A stretch of 64,000 nucleotides of DNA from Chitinophaga pinensis. Its GTDB lineage: Bacteria; Bacteroidota; Bacteroidia; Flavobacteriales_D; Crocinitomicaceae. This document shows, one piece after another, positions 29,393 to 39,201 of this stretch. The notes below the pieces were generated by a model. That model had not been told where the DNA came from and ran no database searches. It worked only from the letters and a program-made list of their open reading frames with translations. Location: positions 26,644 to 90,643 of the forward strand of contig CAMDNE010000011.1 of the NCBI GenBank assembly GCA_945902745.1, in the 5' to 3' direction. The translations under genes were made by a program, and so were the position numbers. Position 1 is the first letter of the stretch. Each line of letters opens with the position of its first letter.

Positions 29393-30436
29393 TCATTCAT
29401 ATTTCATTTCTTTCAATGTTTTTAACAACAACAAATTCTCTTCTGGTGTACCAATTGTCAACCGTAAACAATTCTCACAAAGCAATTGAGAAGACCTGTT
29501 TCTAACAACTATTCCATTGTTTTTTAAATAATTATAACTATCTATTGTATTCTTTACTTTAATCAAAATAAAATTTGAATCACTTGGATAAACTTTTTCT
29601 ACACATTGAATTCTAGCCAATTCTTTCAGTAAAAACGAGCGTTCTTTTTTTATTGATTCTATTTCATTTTGAACTTGATTTAAATTCACCAATTTATCAA
29701 AAGCAAACGTTTGTGTCAATTGATTTATATTGTAAGGAGGTTTAATTTTGTTCATCCAACTAATTATTTCAGGTGATGCGAACAACATTCCCAACCTTAT
29801 TCCTGCCATTCCATAAGCTTTAGAAAATGTTTGACAAACGACCAAATTGGAAAAGTTTAATAATTCGGTTAACATAGACTCATCGTCTGCAAAATCTATA
29901 TACGCTTCATCAATAACAACAATTCCATCAAAACGAGTTAAAATCTCAATCAATTGCTCTTTTGGGAAACTATTTCCTGTTGGATTATTTGGCGAACAAA
30001 TGAATAACAATTTACTTCCTTCAGCATCCTTGATTATTTGTTCCGTATTTAAAGAAAAATCAATGTTTAATTTGCTTTCATTCAATTTTATTTGATTGAT
30101 TCTTGCTGAAACGGAATACATGCCATACGACGGATTAATTGCCGTTACTTGATCTTTTCCAGAAATACAAAACAAACGAAACAATAAATCAATACATTCA
30201 TCAGATCCATTTCCCAGGAAAAGTTGCTCTTTCGAAACATTTTTTATTTCAGAAATGCGTTCTTTCAATTTTAATTGCAAGGGATCTGGATACCGATTAA
30301 CACCATTGTTATAGGGATTTTCATTTGCATCTAAATAAACAGAAGCGTTTCCCGAATATTCGTCTCTAGCAGATGAATAAGCCATCATACCAATTAAATC
30401 AGGACGAATTAATTTTTCAATAGCTATTCTTTTCAT
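29393..30436 (-). CDS. hisC: Histidinol-phosphate aminotransferase
   Basis: It contains LDANENP, SPNNPTG and TFSKAYGMAG (PLP lysine). Confidence 0.9.
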   Translation of the reverse strand: MKRIAIEKLIRPDLIGMMAYSSARDEYSGNASVYLDANENPYNNGVNRYPDPLQLKLKERISEIKNVSKEQLFLGNGSDECIDLLFRLFCISGKDQVTAINPSYGMYSVSARINQIKLNESKLNIDFSLNTEQIIKDAEGSKLLFICSPNNPTGNSFPKEQLIEILTRFDGIVVIDEAYIDFADDESMLTELLNFSNLVVCQTFSKAYGMAGIRLGMLFASPEIISWMNKIKPPYNINQLTQTFAFDKLVNLNQVQNEIESIKKERSFLLKELARIQCVEKVYPSDSNFILIKVKNTIDSYNYLKNNGIVVRNRSSQLLCENCLRLTIGTPEENLLLLKTLKEMKYE

Positions 30437-31713
30437 AATAAATCATTTAATCTAAGTGTAACAGCATTTTTGTGTGCAAATAAACCCTCGGCTTCCGCCA
30501 TAATTTCTATCGTTTTGCCAATATTTTTGATTCCTTCTTTTGAGATATTTTGGTAGGTGATTTTCTTAACATATGAATCTAAGGAAACACCTGAATATTG
30601 TTTTGAATAACCATTTGTCGGCAATGTGTGATTTGTTCCAGACGCATAATCACCAGCACTTTCAGGGGTATATTCCCCAATAAAGACAGATCCTGCATTG
30701 ACAACCCCTTCAATTAGTTCTTCATTAAATTTTGTTGTTAAAATCAAGTGTTCTGGCCCATATTCATTAATAATTGATAGTATTTCAACCTGTTGAACAA
30801 CAATTGCTGCAGAATTTTCAAGTGCCTTGATTGCAATTTCTCTTCTTGGAAGAAATTCTAACTGCTTGAACACTTCTTTTTCAACTTCTTCAACAAAAAC
30901 TTTACTGGTACTGATTAATACTACCTGCGAATCTTCACCATGTTCGGCTTGAGATAATAAATCTGAAGCAACAAATGCCGCATTGGAATATTCATCGGAA
31001 ACAACCATCAATTCACTTGGTCCAGCAGGCATATCAATTGCAATTCCCACTTGTTGTGCGAATTGCTTTGCAGCAGTAACATACTGATTGCCTGGCCCAA
31101 AAATTTTATAGACCTTTGGTATGGATTTAGTGCCATAAGACATTGCCGCAATTGCTTGAATACCACCTACTTTGTATACATCAGTAATTCCAATTAATTG
31201 TGCGGTATACAAAATTGCAGGGTTAATATTCCCATTTTTGTCAGAAGGTGTACACAAAACAATTCTCTTGCATCCTGCTAATACAGCTGGAATTCCTAGC
31301 ATTAAAACAGTCGAAAAGAGAGGAGCCGTTCCACCTGGAATATATAAACCCACCTTTTCTATCCCTACTGATTTCCTCCAGCATATTACACCGGGCATTG
31401 TTTCGATTTTAAGGACTTCCTCCTTTTGAGCTTCGTGAAATTTGACAATATTGCTGGCAGCAATTTGAATTGCTTCTTTTAAATCCGCTGAAACATTTGA
31501 TTTTGCAACATTGAATTCTTCTTCAGTGACTTTAATATTAGTTAGTTCAACATTATCAAATTTCTTTGAATAATTCTTTAAAGCTATATCGCCCTTTGCT
31601 TTCAGATCATCAAAAATCTCTTTCACAAGATTTTCTAAATCATCTGAATTCTTTTCGGGCCTTTTCAATGTTTCCAGCAATTCTGCTGAAGTAGGATAAT
31701 AGTACTTTTTCAT
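30433..31713 (-). CDS. hisD: Histidinol dehydrogenase
   Basis: It contains GPGNQYVTAAK, SQAEHG and YASGTNHTLPT. Confidence 0.95.
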   Translation of the reverse strand: MKKYYYPTSAELLETLKRPEKNSDDLENLVKEIFDDLKAKGDIALKNYSKKFDNVELTNIKVTEEEFNVAKSNVSADLKEAIQIAASNIVKFHEAQKEEVLKIETMPGVICWRKSVGIEKVGLYIPGGTAPLFSTVLMLGIPAVLAGCKRIVLCTPSDKNGNINPAILYTAQLIGITDVYKVGGIQAIAAMSYGTKSIPKVYKIFGPGNQYVTAAKQFAQQVGIAIDMPAGPSELMVVSDEYSNAAFVASDLLSQAEHGEDSQVVLISTSKVFVEEVEKEVFKQLEFLPRREIAIKALENSAAIVVQQVEILSIINEYGPEHLILTTKFNEELIEGVVNAGSVFIGEYTPESAGDYASGTNHTLPTNGYSKQYSGVSLDSYVKKITYQNISKEGIKNIGKTIEIMAEAEGLFAHKNAVTLRLNDLL

Positions 31714-32564
31714 TAGTTCACCATTTTTTCTATTGGTACAATTAAAATTCCTTCAGCGCCTGCCTCTTTAAGTGCATCAATTTTTTCCCAAAACTGATCT
31801 TCTGATATCACTGAGTGCAGCGAGCTCCAACCGGGTTCTGCTAAGGGAAGAATTGTAGGACTTTTTATTCCTGGTAAGATTCGAGAAATCTTTTCTATAG
31901 ACGTGTTTGGAGCATTCAACAAAATATACTTTGCATTTTTAGAAGCTAAAACTGCCTTTAATCGAAAAAAAAGCTTATCCAGAATTTCACTTTTATCTGA
32001 TGTTAAATTCTTATTCTTCACCAAGACTGCTTCAGATTTAAGAATTACTTCCAACTCTTTTAAACCATTCATGAATAATGTATTGCCAGAAGAAACAATA
32101 TCGCAAATTCCATCAGCCAACCCAATAGCGGGCGCTACCTCCACTGAGCCAGAAATCGTGTGAATTTCAGCATTAACACCATTTTTAGATAAGAATTTTT
32201 GAACGGTTACCGGATAAGAAGTAGCGATTCGCTTTCCATTAAAATCATTAATCGATTCGATTTCAGAGTTTTTGGGTACTGCTAAAGAAACCCTACATTT
32301 CGAAAATCCTAAATGCTGTATTACCTCTAAATCCGATTCTTCTTCAATGAGTAAATTTTCTCCAACAATAGCAATATCAACTACACCGTCTTCAACGTAT
32401 TGAGGAATATCTGAATTTCTAAGAAACAAAACCTCCAAAGGAAAATTCTCAACGATAGATTTTAATTTACCATTTGATGCATCAACCTTTAATCCACATT
32501 CTTTTAATAATTGCAGAGATTCCTCTTGTAACCTCCCTGACTTTTGAACAGCAATTCTTAACAT
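31713..32564 (-). CDS. hisG: ATP phosphoribosyltransferase (long form)
   Basis: It has the MLRIAVQKSGRL N-terminus (start trimmed from 32597) and DIVSSGNTL. Confidence 0.9.
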   Translation of the reverse strand: MLRIAVQKSGRLQEESLQLLKECGLKVDASNGKLKSIVENFPLEVLFLRNSDIPQYVEDGVVDIAIVGENLLIEEESDLEVIQHLGFSKCRVSLAVPKNSEIESINDFNGKRIATSYPVTVQKFLSKNGVNAEIHTISGSVEVAPAIGLADGICDIVSSGNTLFMNGLKELEVILKSEAVLVKNKNLTSDKSEILDKLFFRLKAVLASKNAKYILLNAPNTSIEKISRILPGIKSPTILPLAEPGWSSLHSVISEDQFWEKIDALKEAGAEGILIVPIEKMVN

Positions 32565-32610
32565 TTTAATTAATTTTAAAATGCTTGGATTATACATTTA
32601 GGTTCAATAA

Positions 32611-32640
32611 AAAACCCGCTTGAATAATCCAAGCGGGTTT
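32611..32640 (-). terminator. his attenuator terminator
   Basis: The minus strand reads ACCCGCUUG-GAUUAUU-CAAGCGGGU followed by U6. Confidence 0.8.
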
Positions 32641-32667
32641 AACAATTTATGTATACACAATATTATC

Positions 32668-32724
32668 TCACACTTGGAACTCCAAAGTATGATGATGATG
32701 TAATTGTATGTTTTTAAAATTCAT
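32668..32724 (-). CDS. his operon leader peptide MNFKNIQLHHHHTLEFQV
   Basis: My own translation of the minus strand gives 18 codons with four consecutive CAT codons, then TGA. It lies between hemB and hisG and is too short for the ORF track. Confidence 0.7.
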   Translation of the reverse strand: MNFKNIQLHHHHTLEFQV

Positions 32725-32728
32725 GGGA

Positions 32729-32736
32729 CAAATATA
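32729..32736 (-). promoter_or_regulatory. Candidate -7 promoter box for the his leader
   Basis: The minus strand reads TATATTTG (TAnnTTTG), ending 4 nt before the leader ATG. Confidence 0.3.
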
Positions 32737-32737
32737 A

Positions 32738-33712
32738 TCACTTTTTTAATAACGTCGCAAAATCTTTTGCAAAATAAGTTAGAATAGCATCTGCTCCTGC
32801 TCTGCGCATGCTTAACAACATTTCACTGATCGCTAAATCATAATTTAACCATCCTTTTTCTGCTGCGGCATAGACCATTGCACATTCACCACTAACATTG
32901 TATGCAGTAATCGGAATGTTGAAATTATCTTTTAGTAATTGAATGATGTCTAAATAACAAAGTGCTGGTTTCACCATCATCATGTCTGCTCCTTCCATGA
33001 AATCCAGTTCCGCTTCAATTAAAGCTTCTCTTTTATTCGCTGGATTCATTTGATACGTTTTTTTATCTCCTGATTTTGGGGCTGAATTTAACGCATCGCG
33101 AAACGGTCCATAAAAAGCACTCGCATATTTTGCTGTATATGACATAATGGATACATCAGTATATCCATTCAAATCCAACGCTTCACGAATGCTCCCAACT
33201 CTTCCATCCATCATGTCTGACGGTCCGATAATATCAATTCCAGCTTGAGCTTGCGCAATAGACATTTTGTTTAATATTGGTAAGGTTTCATCGTTCAAGA
33301 TTCTACCATCTAAACCAACTAAACCGTCATGTCCATCGGAAGAATAAGGATCTAATGCAACATCACTCATTAAAACAATCTCTGGGAATGTTTCCTTTAA
33401 CTTGCGAATAGCGTGTAAATAGAAATTCTCGTCAGCATAACTATACGTCGCTGTTTTATCCTTCAAATGTTCTTCAACTGCTGGAAATAAATCGTACGTC
33501 ATGACGCCTAATTCCATGCATTTTTCAACTTCTGGAATTAATTGATCAATAGACCACCGAAAATTATTTGGAAGAGAAGAAATTTCTTCTTTTATATTTT
33601 TCCCATCCTTTAAAAAGATTGGATATATTAAATGTTCTGATCCAATTTTTGTTTCTTCCACCATTGCTCTAATAGCAATTGATTTACGATTTCTTCTAGG
33701 ACGTATGTTCAT
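32738..33712 (-). CDS. hemB: Porphobilinogen synthase
   Basis: It contains RPRRNR.S..IR.MV.ET, and VKPA covers the active-site lysine region. Confidence 0.95.
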   Translation of the reverse strand: MNIRPRRNRKSIAIRAMVEETKIGSEHLIYPIFLKDGKNIKEEISSLPNNFRWSIDQLIPEVEKCMELGVMTYDLFPAVEEHLKDKTATYSYADENFYLHAIRKLKETFPEIVLMSDVALDPYSSDGHDGLVGLDGRILNDETLPILNKMSIAQAQAGIDIIGPSDMMDGRVGSIREALDLNGYTDVSIMSYTAKYASAFYGPFRDALNSAPKSGDKKTYQMNPANKREALIEAELDFMEGADMMMVKPALCYLDIIQLLKDNFNIPITAYNVSGECAMVYAAAEKGWLNYDLAISEMLLSMRRAGADAILTYFAKDFATLLKK

Positions 33713-33846
33713 TGTGTGATGATTAATTCTGTGTAAATTTAATGAAGGTTCTTTAATAATTGTATTAATAAATAAAGAGATTTTTCAACTACTGATATTC
33801 AGTTTATTATTTTTTAGTAATTTAGCCCCATTAATAGCACTACCTC

Positions 33847-34737
33847 ATGAAAACCACACTTTCAGTTTTAAGTATCCTTAGTTTATCTTTGTTAATCATT
33901 ACATCGTGTGGTGGTTCAAAAACAGACGATAAAGATCAAATCGACAAAGAGATTTTAGATCCTAACAAATCATTGAACACAAATTTCGATGGAAAAATTT
34001 TTAGTATCCCATCTCCAGTTCAGACAGCAATGCTTATTAAACAAGCGAACTTGCCATTTAGTCAAGAGTTGTTAAACCCAATTACTAATTCATCTAAGTA
34101 TTCGACAGAATATTTACAAGCATTGAATTTAGGAATTTATGGAACAGACTTAGGTTATGCTTCTCTTTACGAGCAAAAGAATGTTTCATTGAAATATCTT
34201 TCAGTTGTTGAGAAAATGACAAGTGAATTAGGATTGGAAGGCGCTTTCGATAAAAAATTCATGTCTCGATTCGAAAGTAATTCAGATAATCAAGATTCAA
34301 TGATGGTTATTGTTGCAGATGCATTTAAGAAAGCAGATAATTTCTTAAAGAATTCAAACAGAAAACCTACGTCATCTTTAATTTTAACAGGTGGTTGGAT
34401 TGAATCATTGTATTTCGCTTGTGAATTGAATGGAAAAAAGAGTAATGCCAAAATTATAGAGCGAATTGGGGAACAACAACAAACCTTGAATACCATTATT
34501 GAGATTCTTACTGAATATAACAAAGCAGGAAGCAACGATGATTTAGTTGCTGATTTGAAAGGTTTAAAAGTGTTATTTGATCAAGTTGTGATTGATTACC
34601 AATTTGTTGAACCAAAGACTGACGAAAAATCAAAAACAACTACTTTACAACACAACATTACTGTAAAAATTAGCGCAGATGTTTTGAAGCAAATTACAGC
34701 TAAGGTTAAAACAATTCGTGAAAACATTATTCAATAA
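33847..34737 (+). CDS. Hypothetical lipoprotein
   Basis: It has the signal plus lipobox LLIITSCGGS. Confidence 0.5.
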   Translation: MKTTLSVLSILSLSLLIITSCGGSKTDDKDQIDKEILDPNKSLNTNFDGKIFSIPSPVQTAMLIKQANLPFSQELLNPITNSSKYSTEYLQALNLGIYGTDLGYASLYEQKNVSLKYLSVVEKMTSELGLEGAFDKKFMSRFESNSDNQDSMMVIVADAFKKADNFLKNSNRKPTSSLILTGGWIESLYFACELNGKKSNAKIIERIGEQQQTLNTIIEILTEYNKAGSNDDLVADLKGLKVLFDQVVIDYQFVEPKTDEKSKTTTLQHNITVKISADVLKQITAKVKTIRENIIQ

Positions 34738-34741
34738 AGCT

Positions 34742-35167
34742 ATGAAGTACTCAATTATACTATTTTTCGCTCTTACTTTTCTTGGTTCAAGAGCTATTGC
34801 ACAAGATTGTGAGAAGATCGTTAAAACGTGTGAATCATATTTAAACGGAACAAAAGGTAAAGCTCGATTTGTTTCTGATGGTCAAGTTTATACTGCATTT
34901 TTGGATCGTGAAAAAGCTGAATTCAAAACGACATTTTTTGGAGGTTCAACATACAGAATTGCTGCAAGTGCAGGAAGTGATGATGAATATGTGATTTTTA
35001 CAGTTAAAGATCCTCAAGGAAACATTTTGTTTACAAACAGAAACTTTAAAAATTCTCCATATTGGGATTTTAAAGTTCCAAAGACTATTCCTGTTACAAT
35101 TGAGACAGAGTTGGATTTAGACAAAAAAGTATCCGGTTGTGCTGTTATGTTAATCGGTTTTAAATAG
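34742..35167 (+). CDS. Hypothetical secreted protein
   Basis: The internal Met gives the signal peptide MKYSIILFFALTFLGSRAIAQ and removes the overlap with the upstream gene. Confidence 0.45.
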   Translation: MKYSIILFFALTFLGSRAIAQDCEKIVKTCESYLNGTKGKARFVSDGQVYTAFLDREKAEFKTTFFGGSTYRIAASAGSDDEYVIFTVKDPQGNILFTNRNFKNSPYWDFKVPKTIPVTIETELDLDKKVSGCAVMLIGFK

Positions 35168-35186
35168 GCTATTTCAATAAGTTTTA

Positions 35187-38100
35187 ATGAGTGAAAGGAT
35201 TCTTCGTGCGTTAATGCAACTGTTTGCGATTATTGCGCAAGTAGACGAATTAAACGAAGGAACATCTGGAACACATCAAGGAATTAAAAGTTCGAAAGGA
35301 AAGAGAATTATTGAATCTTTTCTTCGTTCTGAATTAAACTCCTTGATGGTTCAAAAATATTTGAATCTTTTCGAAGAAAATCTAAACTCTCTTCACCTCA
35401 AACAAAAACACAAGGATGGTATTGAGAAAAGAACTTCTTTAAATTCTGTTAAGATCCTTCGAATTTGTTCTCAAATCAATGAGGAACTGACCCAAAAACA
35501 AAAAATAATTGTATTAATTCGGATTATTGAATTTATCCAATCCAACGATAATGTTTCCGAACAAGAAGTTGAGTTTGTTAATACAGTAGCCGAATCTTTC
35601 AACATTTCAAAACACGAATACGATATTATTTCGGATTTCATTTTGAGCTCTAATGTTCACGTGATCAAATCTTCCGATGTTTTATATGTCTGCCCCGAAA
35701 ATGAGCACGATGAGAAGAAAAAAAGCATTCATCTCAGTGGATTAGATGCAGAAATAAGAATTCTCCAAGTAAAAAGTATCAATACCCTTTTTGTTCGCTA
35801 TTTCGGAAAAGATGAATTGAGTATCAATGGTCAGTTTGTCTTCAATGATAGAACACATATTTTCGCACAAGGTTCCACCATACGTACTCAAAAAAGTAAA
35901 AACATCTATTACAGTGATGTAATCAGTAAATTCTTCACATTCGACGATAAAGAATTACTCACATTCAAAGTAGATAATATCTCGTTTGAGTTTAAAGGAG
36001 GTAAAAAGGCTTTACACAACTTTAGTTTTGTTGAAGAATCTGGCAAGTTAGTTGGAATAATGGGTGGATCCGGAACGGGGAAATCTACTTTGTTAAACCT
36101 GTTGAACGGAACATATACACCAAAAACAGGAAGTGTAAGCATTAATGGAATTGATCTTCACAAGGAAAAAGACAAACTTCAAGGTGTAATTGGTTTTGTG
36201 AGTCAAGATGACTTATTAATTGAGGAGTTATCTGTTTTTCAAAATTTATATTTCAACGCCAAGCTCTGTTTTGCCGATTTGACGGAAATGGATATCAAAC
36301 GTAAAGTGATTGATGTTCTTAATTCTATTGGCTTATATGAAGTAAAGGATTTAATCGTTGGAAATCCTTTGGAAAAAACTATTTCTGGCGGACAACGAAA
36401 AAGATTGAACATTGCGCTTGAATTGATTCGAGAGCCAGAAGTTCTTTTTGTGGATGAACCAACTTCAGGTCTATCTTCAAGAGATTCTGAAAACATCATG
36501 GATCTTTTGAAAGAAATGACGTTTAAAGGAAAATTGGTTTTTGTCGTAATTCACCAGCCCTCTTCAGAGATTTTTAAAATGTTTGACAGATTGCTTTTGA
36601 TGGATCAAGGTGGTTATGAAATCTTTGACGGTAATCCAATCGATGCTGTTGTTTACTTCAAATTCCATACATTACATGGCAATCCAGACGAACGAGAATG
36701 TGCAATTTGTGGAAATGTCAATCCAGAACAGTTATTCAATATAATTGAGACAAAAATAGTCGATGAATACGGTGATTTGACGAATTTAAGGAAAACAACA
36801 CCTGAGGAGTGGTACAATAAATTCAACGAAACAAGAAATACTCCTATTATTGAAGAAAGAACATCAATTCCAAAATCTCAATCGAGCATTCCAAAACGTT
36901 TAAGTCAATTTACTGTATTTTTCTTAAGAGATTTATTGAGTAAACTTTCCAATTTACCTTATGTATTGGTGACTTTATTGGAAGCACCTTTATTGGCATT
37001 AATTCTTTCGTTTTTTGTCAAATACTTTGGGTTTTCAGATAAAAGCGGCTTAAAATATTCGTTTTATCAAAATGTGAATATTCCACAATATATCTTCATC
37101 GCGATTGTAGTCTCGTTATTTCTAGGATTATCTGTTGCTGCTGAAGAAATCCACAAGGATAAACGGATCTTGAGACGAGAATCTTTTTTGAATTTGTCGA
37201 AAGGAAGTTATTTAACATCAAAAATCTCCATACTTTTCATCATTTCAGCCATTCAATCGCTTCTTTTTGTATTAATTGGAAATTATATATTGGAGATCAG
37301 AGACATGTGGTGGCAGTACTGGTTGATACTTTTCTCAACATCTTGTGTTGCCAATATGATGGGATTAAATATATCAAGTGGATTTAATACAGCTAAAGTA
37401 ATTTACATTGTTGTTCCCATTTTAATTATCCCACAACTGCTATTTAGTGGTGTTATTGTAAAGTTTGATAAATTACATCCCGTTTTTTCCAAATCTACTG
37501 AAGTGCCTTGGGTGGGTGATTTAATGGTTTCTCGATGGGCGTATGAAGCAATTGCTGTTACTCAAAGTTCAGAAAACCAATTAGAAAAAAAGTTTGCTGA
37601 ACTGAATGAAAAAAAGTTTGATGCAGCTTGGAAAAAAGATTTTTGGCTTCCTGAAATGCAAAGAAACCTGGAAGTAATTCGTGATGAAAAAGCTTCTATT
37701 TTAAACAAAGAATTTTCGAAAGAACTTCTTCACAATGAAATCGAAAAAGAAGAAGCTAAATGGGGGAATTTAGAATGTGAAGAATGTGAGCAAGAGTTGC
37801 AATCAATCAATACGAAAGTTGTCAAAACTATAGGCATCGATAGTTTTTTAGGCCTATTAAAGGAACAATACACGAAAACAGCGAATGAAAAAAGTGATTT
37901 AATCGAAAAGAAAAAACTCGCTTTTGGAATTGATAAATACAATGAACAAAAGGATATTTATTCCAATGAAGCATTGAATGATATTGTAACAAATCGGTTA
38001 GAATCAGAGAAAATTTTGACTTACAACAATCAATTGTACAGAAAGGACAATCCTATTTATAATTCTGCGGCGAAACAATCTTTCTTAAGCGCTCATTTTT

Positions 38101-38279
38101 ACGCTCCAGAAAAAAGTCTTTTTGGTCAACCAATTAAAACCTTTTGGGCGAACATCTTTGTCTTATGGTTTTTTGTCATCATTTCTTTTATTGCACTTTA
38201 TTACGATTGGTTGCGTAAAATATTGGATTTCTTTGAATACTGGAAAAATAGATTGCAAGAAAAAGCCACACGTAAATAA
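35187..38279 (+). CDS. ABCG-like ABC transporter (fused ATPase + ABC-2 permease) with an N-terminal extension of about 270 aa
   Basis: It has Walker A GGSGTGKST, signature SGGQRKR and Walker B LFVDEPTSGLS, followed by multiple TM helices. Confidence 0.8.
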   Translation: MSERILRALMQLFAIIAQVDELNEGTSGTHQGIKSSKGKRIIESFLRSELNSLMVQKYLNLFEENLNSLHLKQKHKDGIEKRTSLNSVKILRICSQINEELTQKQKIIVLIRIIEFIQSNDNVSEQEVEFVNTVAESFNISKHEYDIISDFILSSNVHVIKSSDVLYVCPENEHDEKKKSIHLSGLDAEIRILQVKSINTLFVRYFGKDELSINGQFVFNDRTHIFAQGSTIRTQKSKNIYYSDVISKFFTFDDKELLTFKVDNISFEFKGGKKALHNFSFVEESGKLVGIMGGSGTGKSTLLNLLNGTYTPKTGSVSINGIDLHKEKDKLQGVIGFVSQDDLLIEELSVFQNLYFNAKLCFADLTEMDIKRKVIDVLNSIGLYEVKDLIVGNPLEKTISGGQRKRLNIALELIREPEVLFVDEPTSGLSSRDSENIMDLLKEMTFKGKLVFVVIHQPSSEIFKMFDRLLLMDQGGYEIFDGNPIDAVVYFKFHTLHGNPDERECAICGNVNPEQLFNIIETKIVDEYGDLTNLRKTTPEEWYNKFNETRNTPIIEERTSIPKSQSSIPKRLSQFTVFFLRDLLSKLSNLPYVLVTLLEAPLLALILSFFVKYFGFSDKSGLKYSFYQNVNIPQYIFIAIVVSLFLGLSVAAEEIHKDKRILRRESFLNLSKGSYLTSKISILFIISAIQSLLFVLIGNYILEIRDMWWQYWLILFSTSCVANMMGLNISSGFNTAKVIYIVVPILIIPQLLFSGVIVKFDKLHPVFSKSTEVPWVGDLMVSRWAYEAIAVTQSSENQLEKKFAELNEKKFDAAWKKDFWLPEMQRNLEVIRDEKASILNKEFSKELLHNEIEKEEAKWGNLECEECEQELQSINTKVVKTIGIDSFLGLLKEQYTKTANEKSDLIEKKKLAFGIDKYNEQKDIYSNEALNDIVTNRLESEKILTYNNQLYRKDNPIYNSAAKQSFLSAHFYAPEKSLFGQPIKTFWANIFVLWFFVIISFIALYYDWLRKILDFFEYWKNRLQEKATRK

Positions 38280-38372
38280 CATGTGGCCCATTATAAAAAT
38301 CAGATAATTTTAAATGACTATTTCGAAAAGATCATTTTAACTCGCAACGTGTAATTTGCAACTTTCAACTCC

Positions 38373-39119
38373 TTACATCAACATTCCACCGCAAACATTA
38401 ATTGTTTGTCCAGTAATATAAGTTGACATATCAGAAGCTAAGAAAACAGTTAAGTTCGCGACATCTTGCGGAGAGCCTCCTCTTTTCAAAGGAATTGCGT
38501 TTCTCCATTCTGCAACAACTTTTTGATCCAATGCTTCAGTCATTTCAGTTTCAATAAATCCAGGAGCAATTGCATTACAACGGATATTTCTTGAACCTAA
38601 TTCTTGTGCTACTGATTTTGAGAAACCAATCAATCCAGCTTTTGAAGCAGCATAATTCGTTTGTCCAGCATTTCCACTCACACCAACAACAGATGACATA
38701 TTAATAATAGATCCACTTCTCGCTTTTAACATTGGACGTTGAACAGCTTTTGTAAGGTTGAATGCAGACTTCAAATTGGTATTGATTACTTCATCCCATT
38801 GCTCTTCAGACATTCTCATTAACAATGTATCGCGTGTAATTCCAGCATTGTTTACCAAAACATCAATTGTTCCAAACTCAGCAACAACATCATCAACTAA
38901 TTTTTGAGCATCATCAAATTTAGAAGCATCGCTCTTAAATCCTTTTGCAATTCCACCATTTACTGAAAGTTCCTTCACTAAAGCTTGTGCCTTTTCGTCT
39001 GATGACAAATAGGTAAATGCCACTTTAGCGCCTTGTTTCACACATTCTTCAGCGATTGCTTTTCCAATTCCTCTTGAAGCTCCTGTAATCAGAACTACTT
39101 TATCTTCCAATAATCTCAT
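38373..39119 (-). CDS. fabG: 3-oxoacyl-ACP reductase
   Basis: It contains ITGASRGIGKAIA, NNAG and YAASKAG, and ends GQTINVCGGMLM. Confidence 0.9.
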   Translation of the reverse strand: MRLLEDKVVLITGASRGIGKAIAEECVKQGAKVAFTYLSSDEKAQALVKELSVNGGIAKGFKSDASKFDDAQKLVDDVVAEFGTIDVLVNNAGITRDTLLMRMSEEQWDEVINTNLKSAFNLTKAVQRPMLKARSGSIINMSSVVGVSGNAGQTNYAASKAGLIGFSKSVAQELGSRNIRCNAIAPGFIETEMTEALDQKVVAEWRNAIPLKRGGSPQDVANLTVFLASDMSTYITGQTINVCGGMLM

Positions 39120-39201
39120 TTTCTAGTTTTTTTTCAAATATAAGTAAAGCTATTCGATTGATTTTTTGTTCTGCAGAAAAGAATCAAATAGGAATTGTGA
39201 A

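Noticed and set aside
35650-35950. An FHA domain in the N-terminal extension of the ABC transporter.
   Set aside because: The segment lacks the conserved G-R...S-x-x-H...N-G pattern of FHA domains, so the extension is left unassigned.
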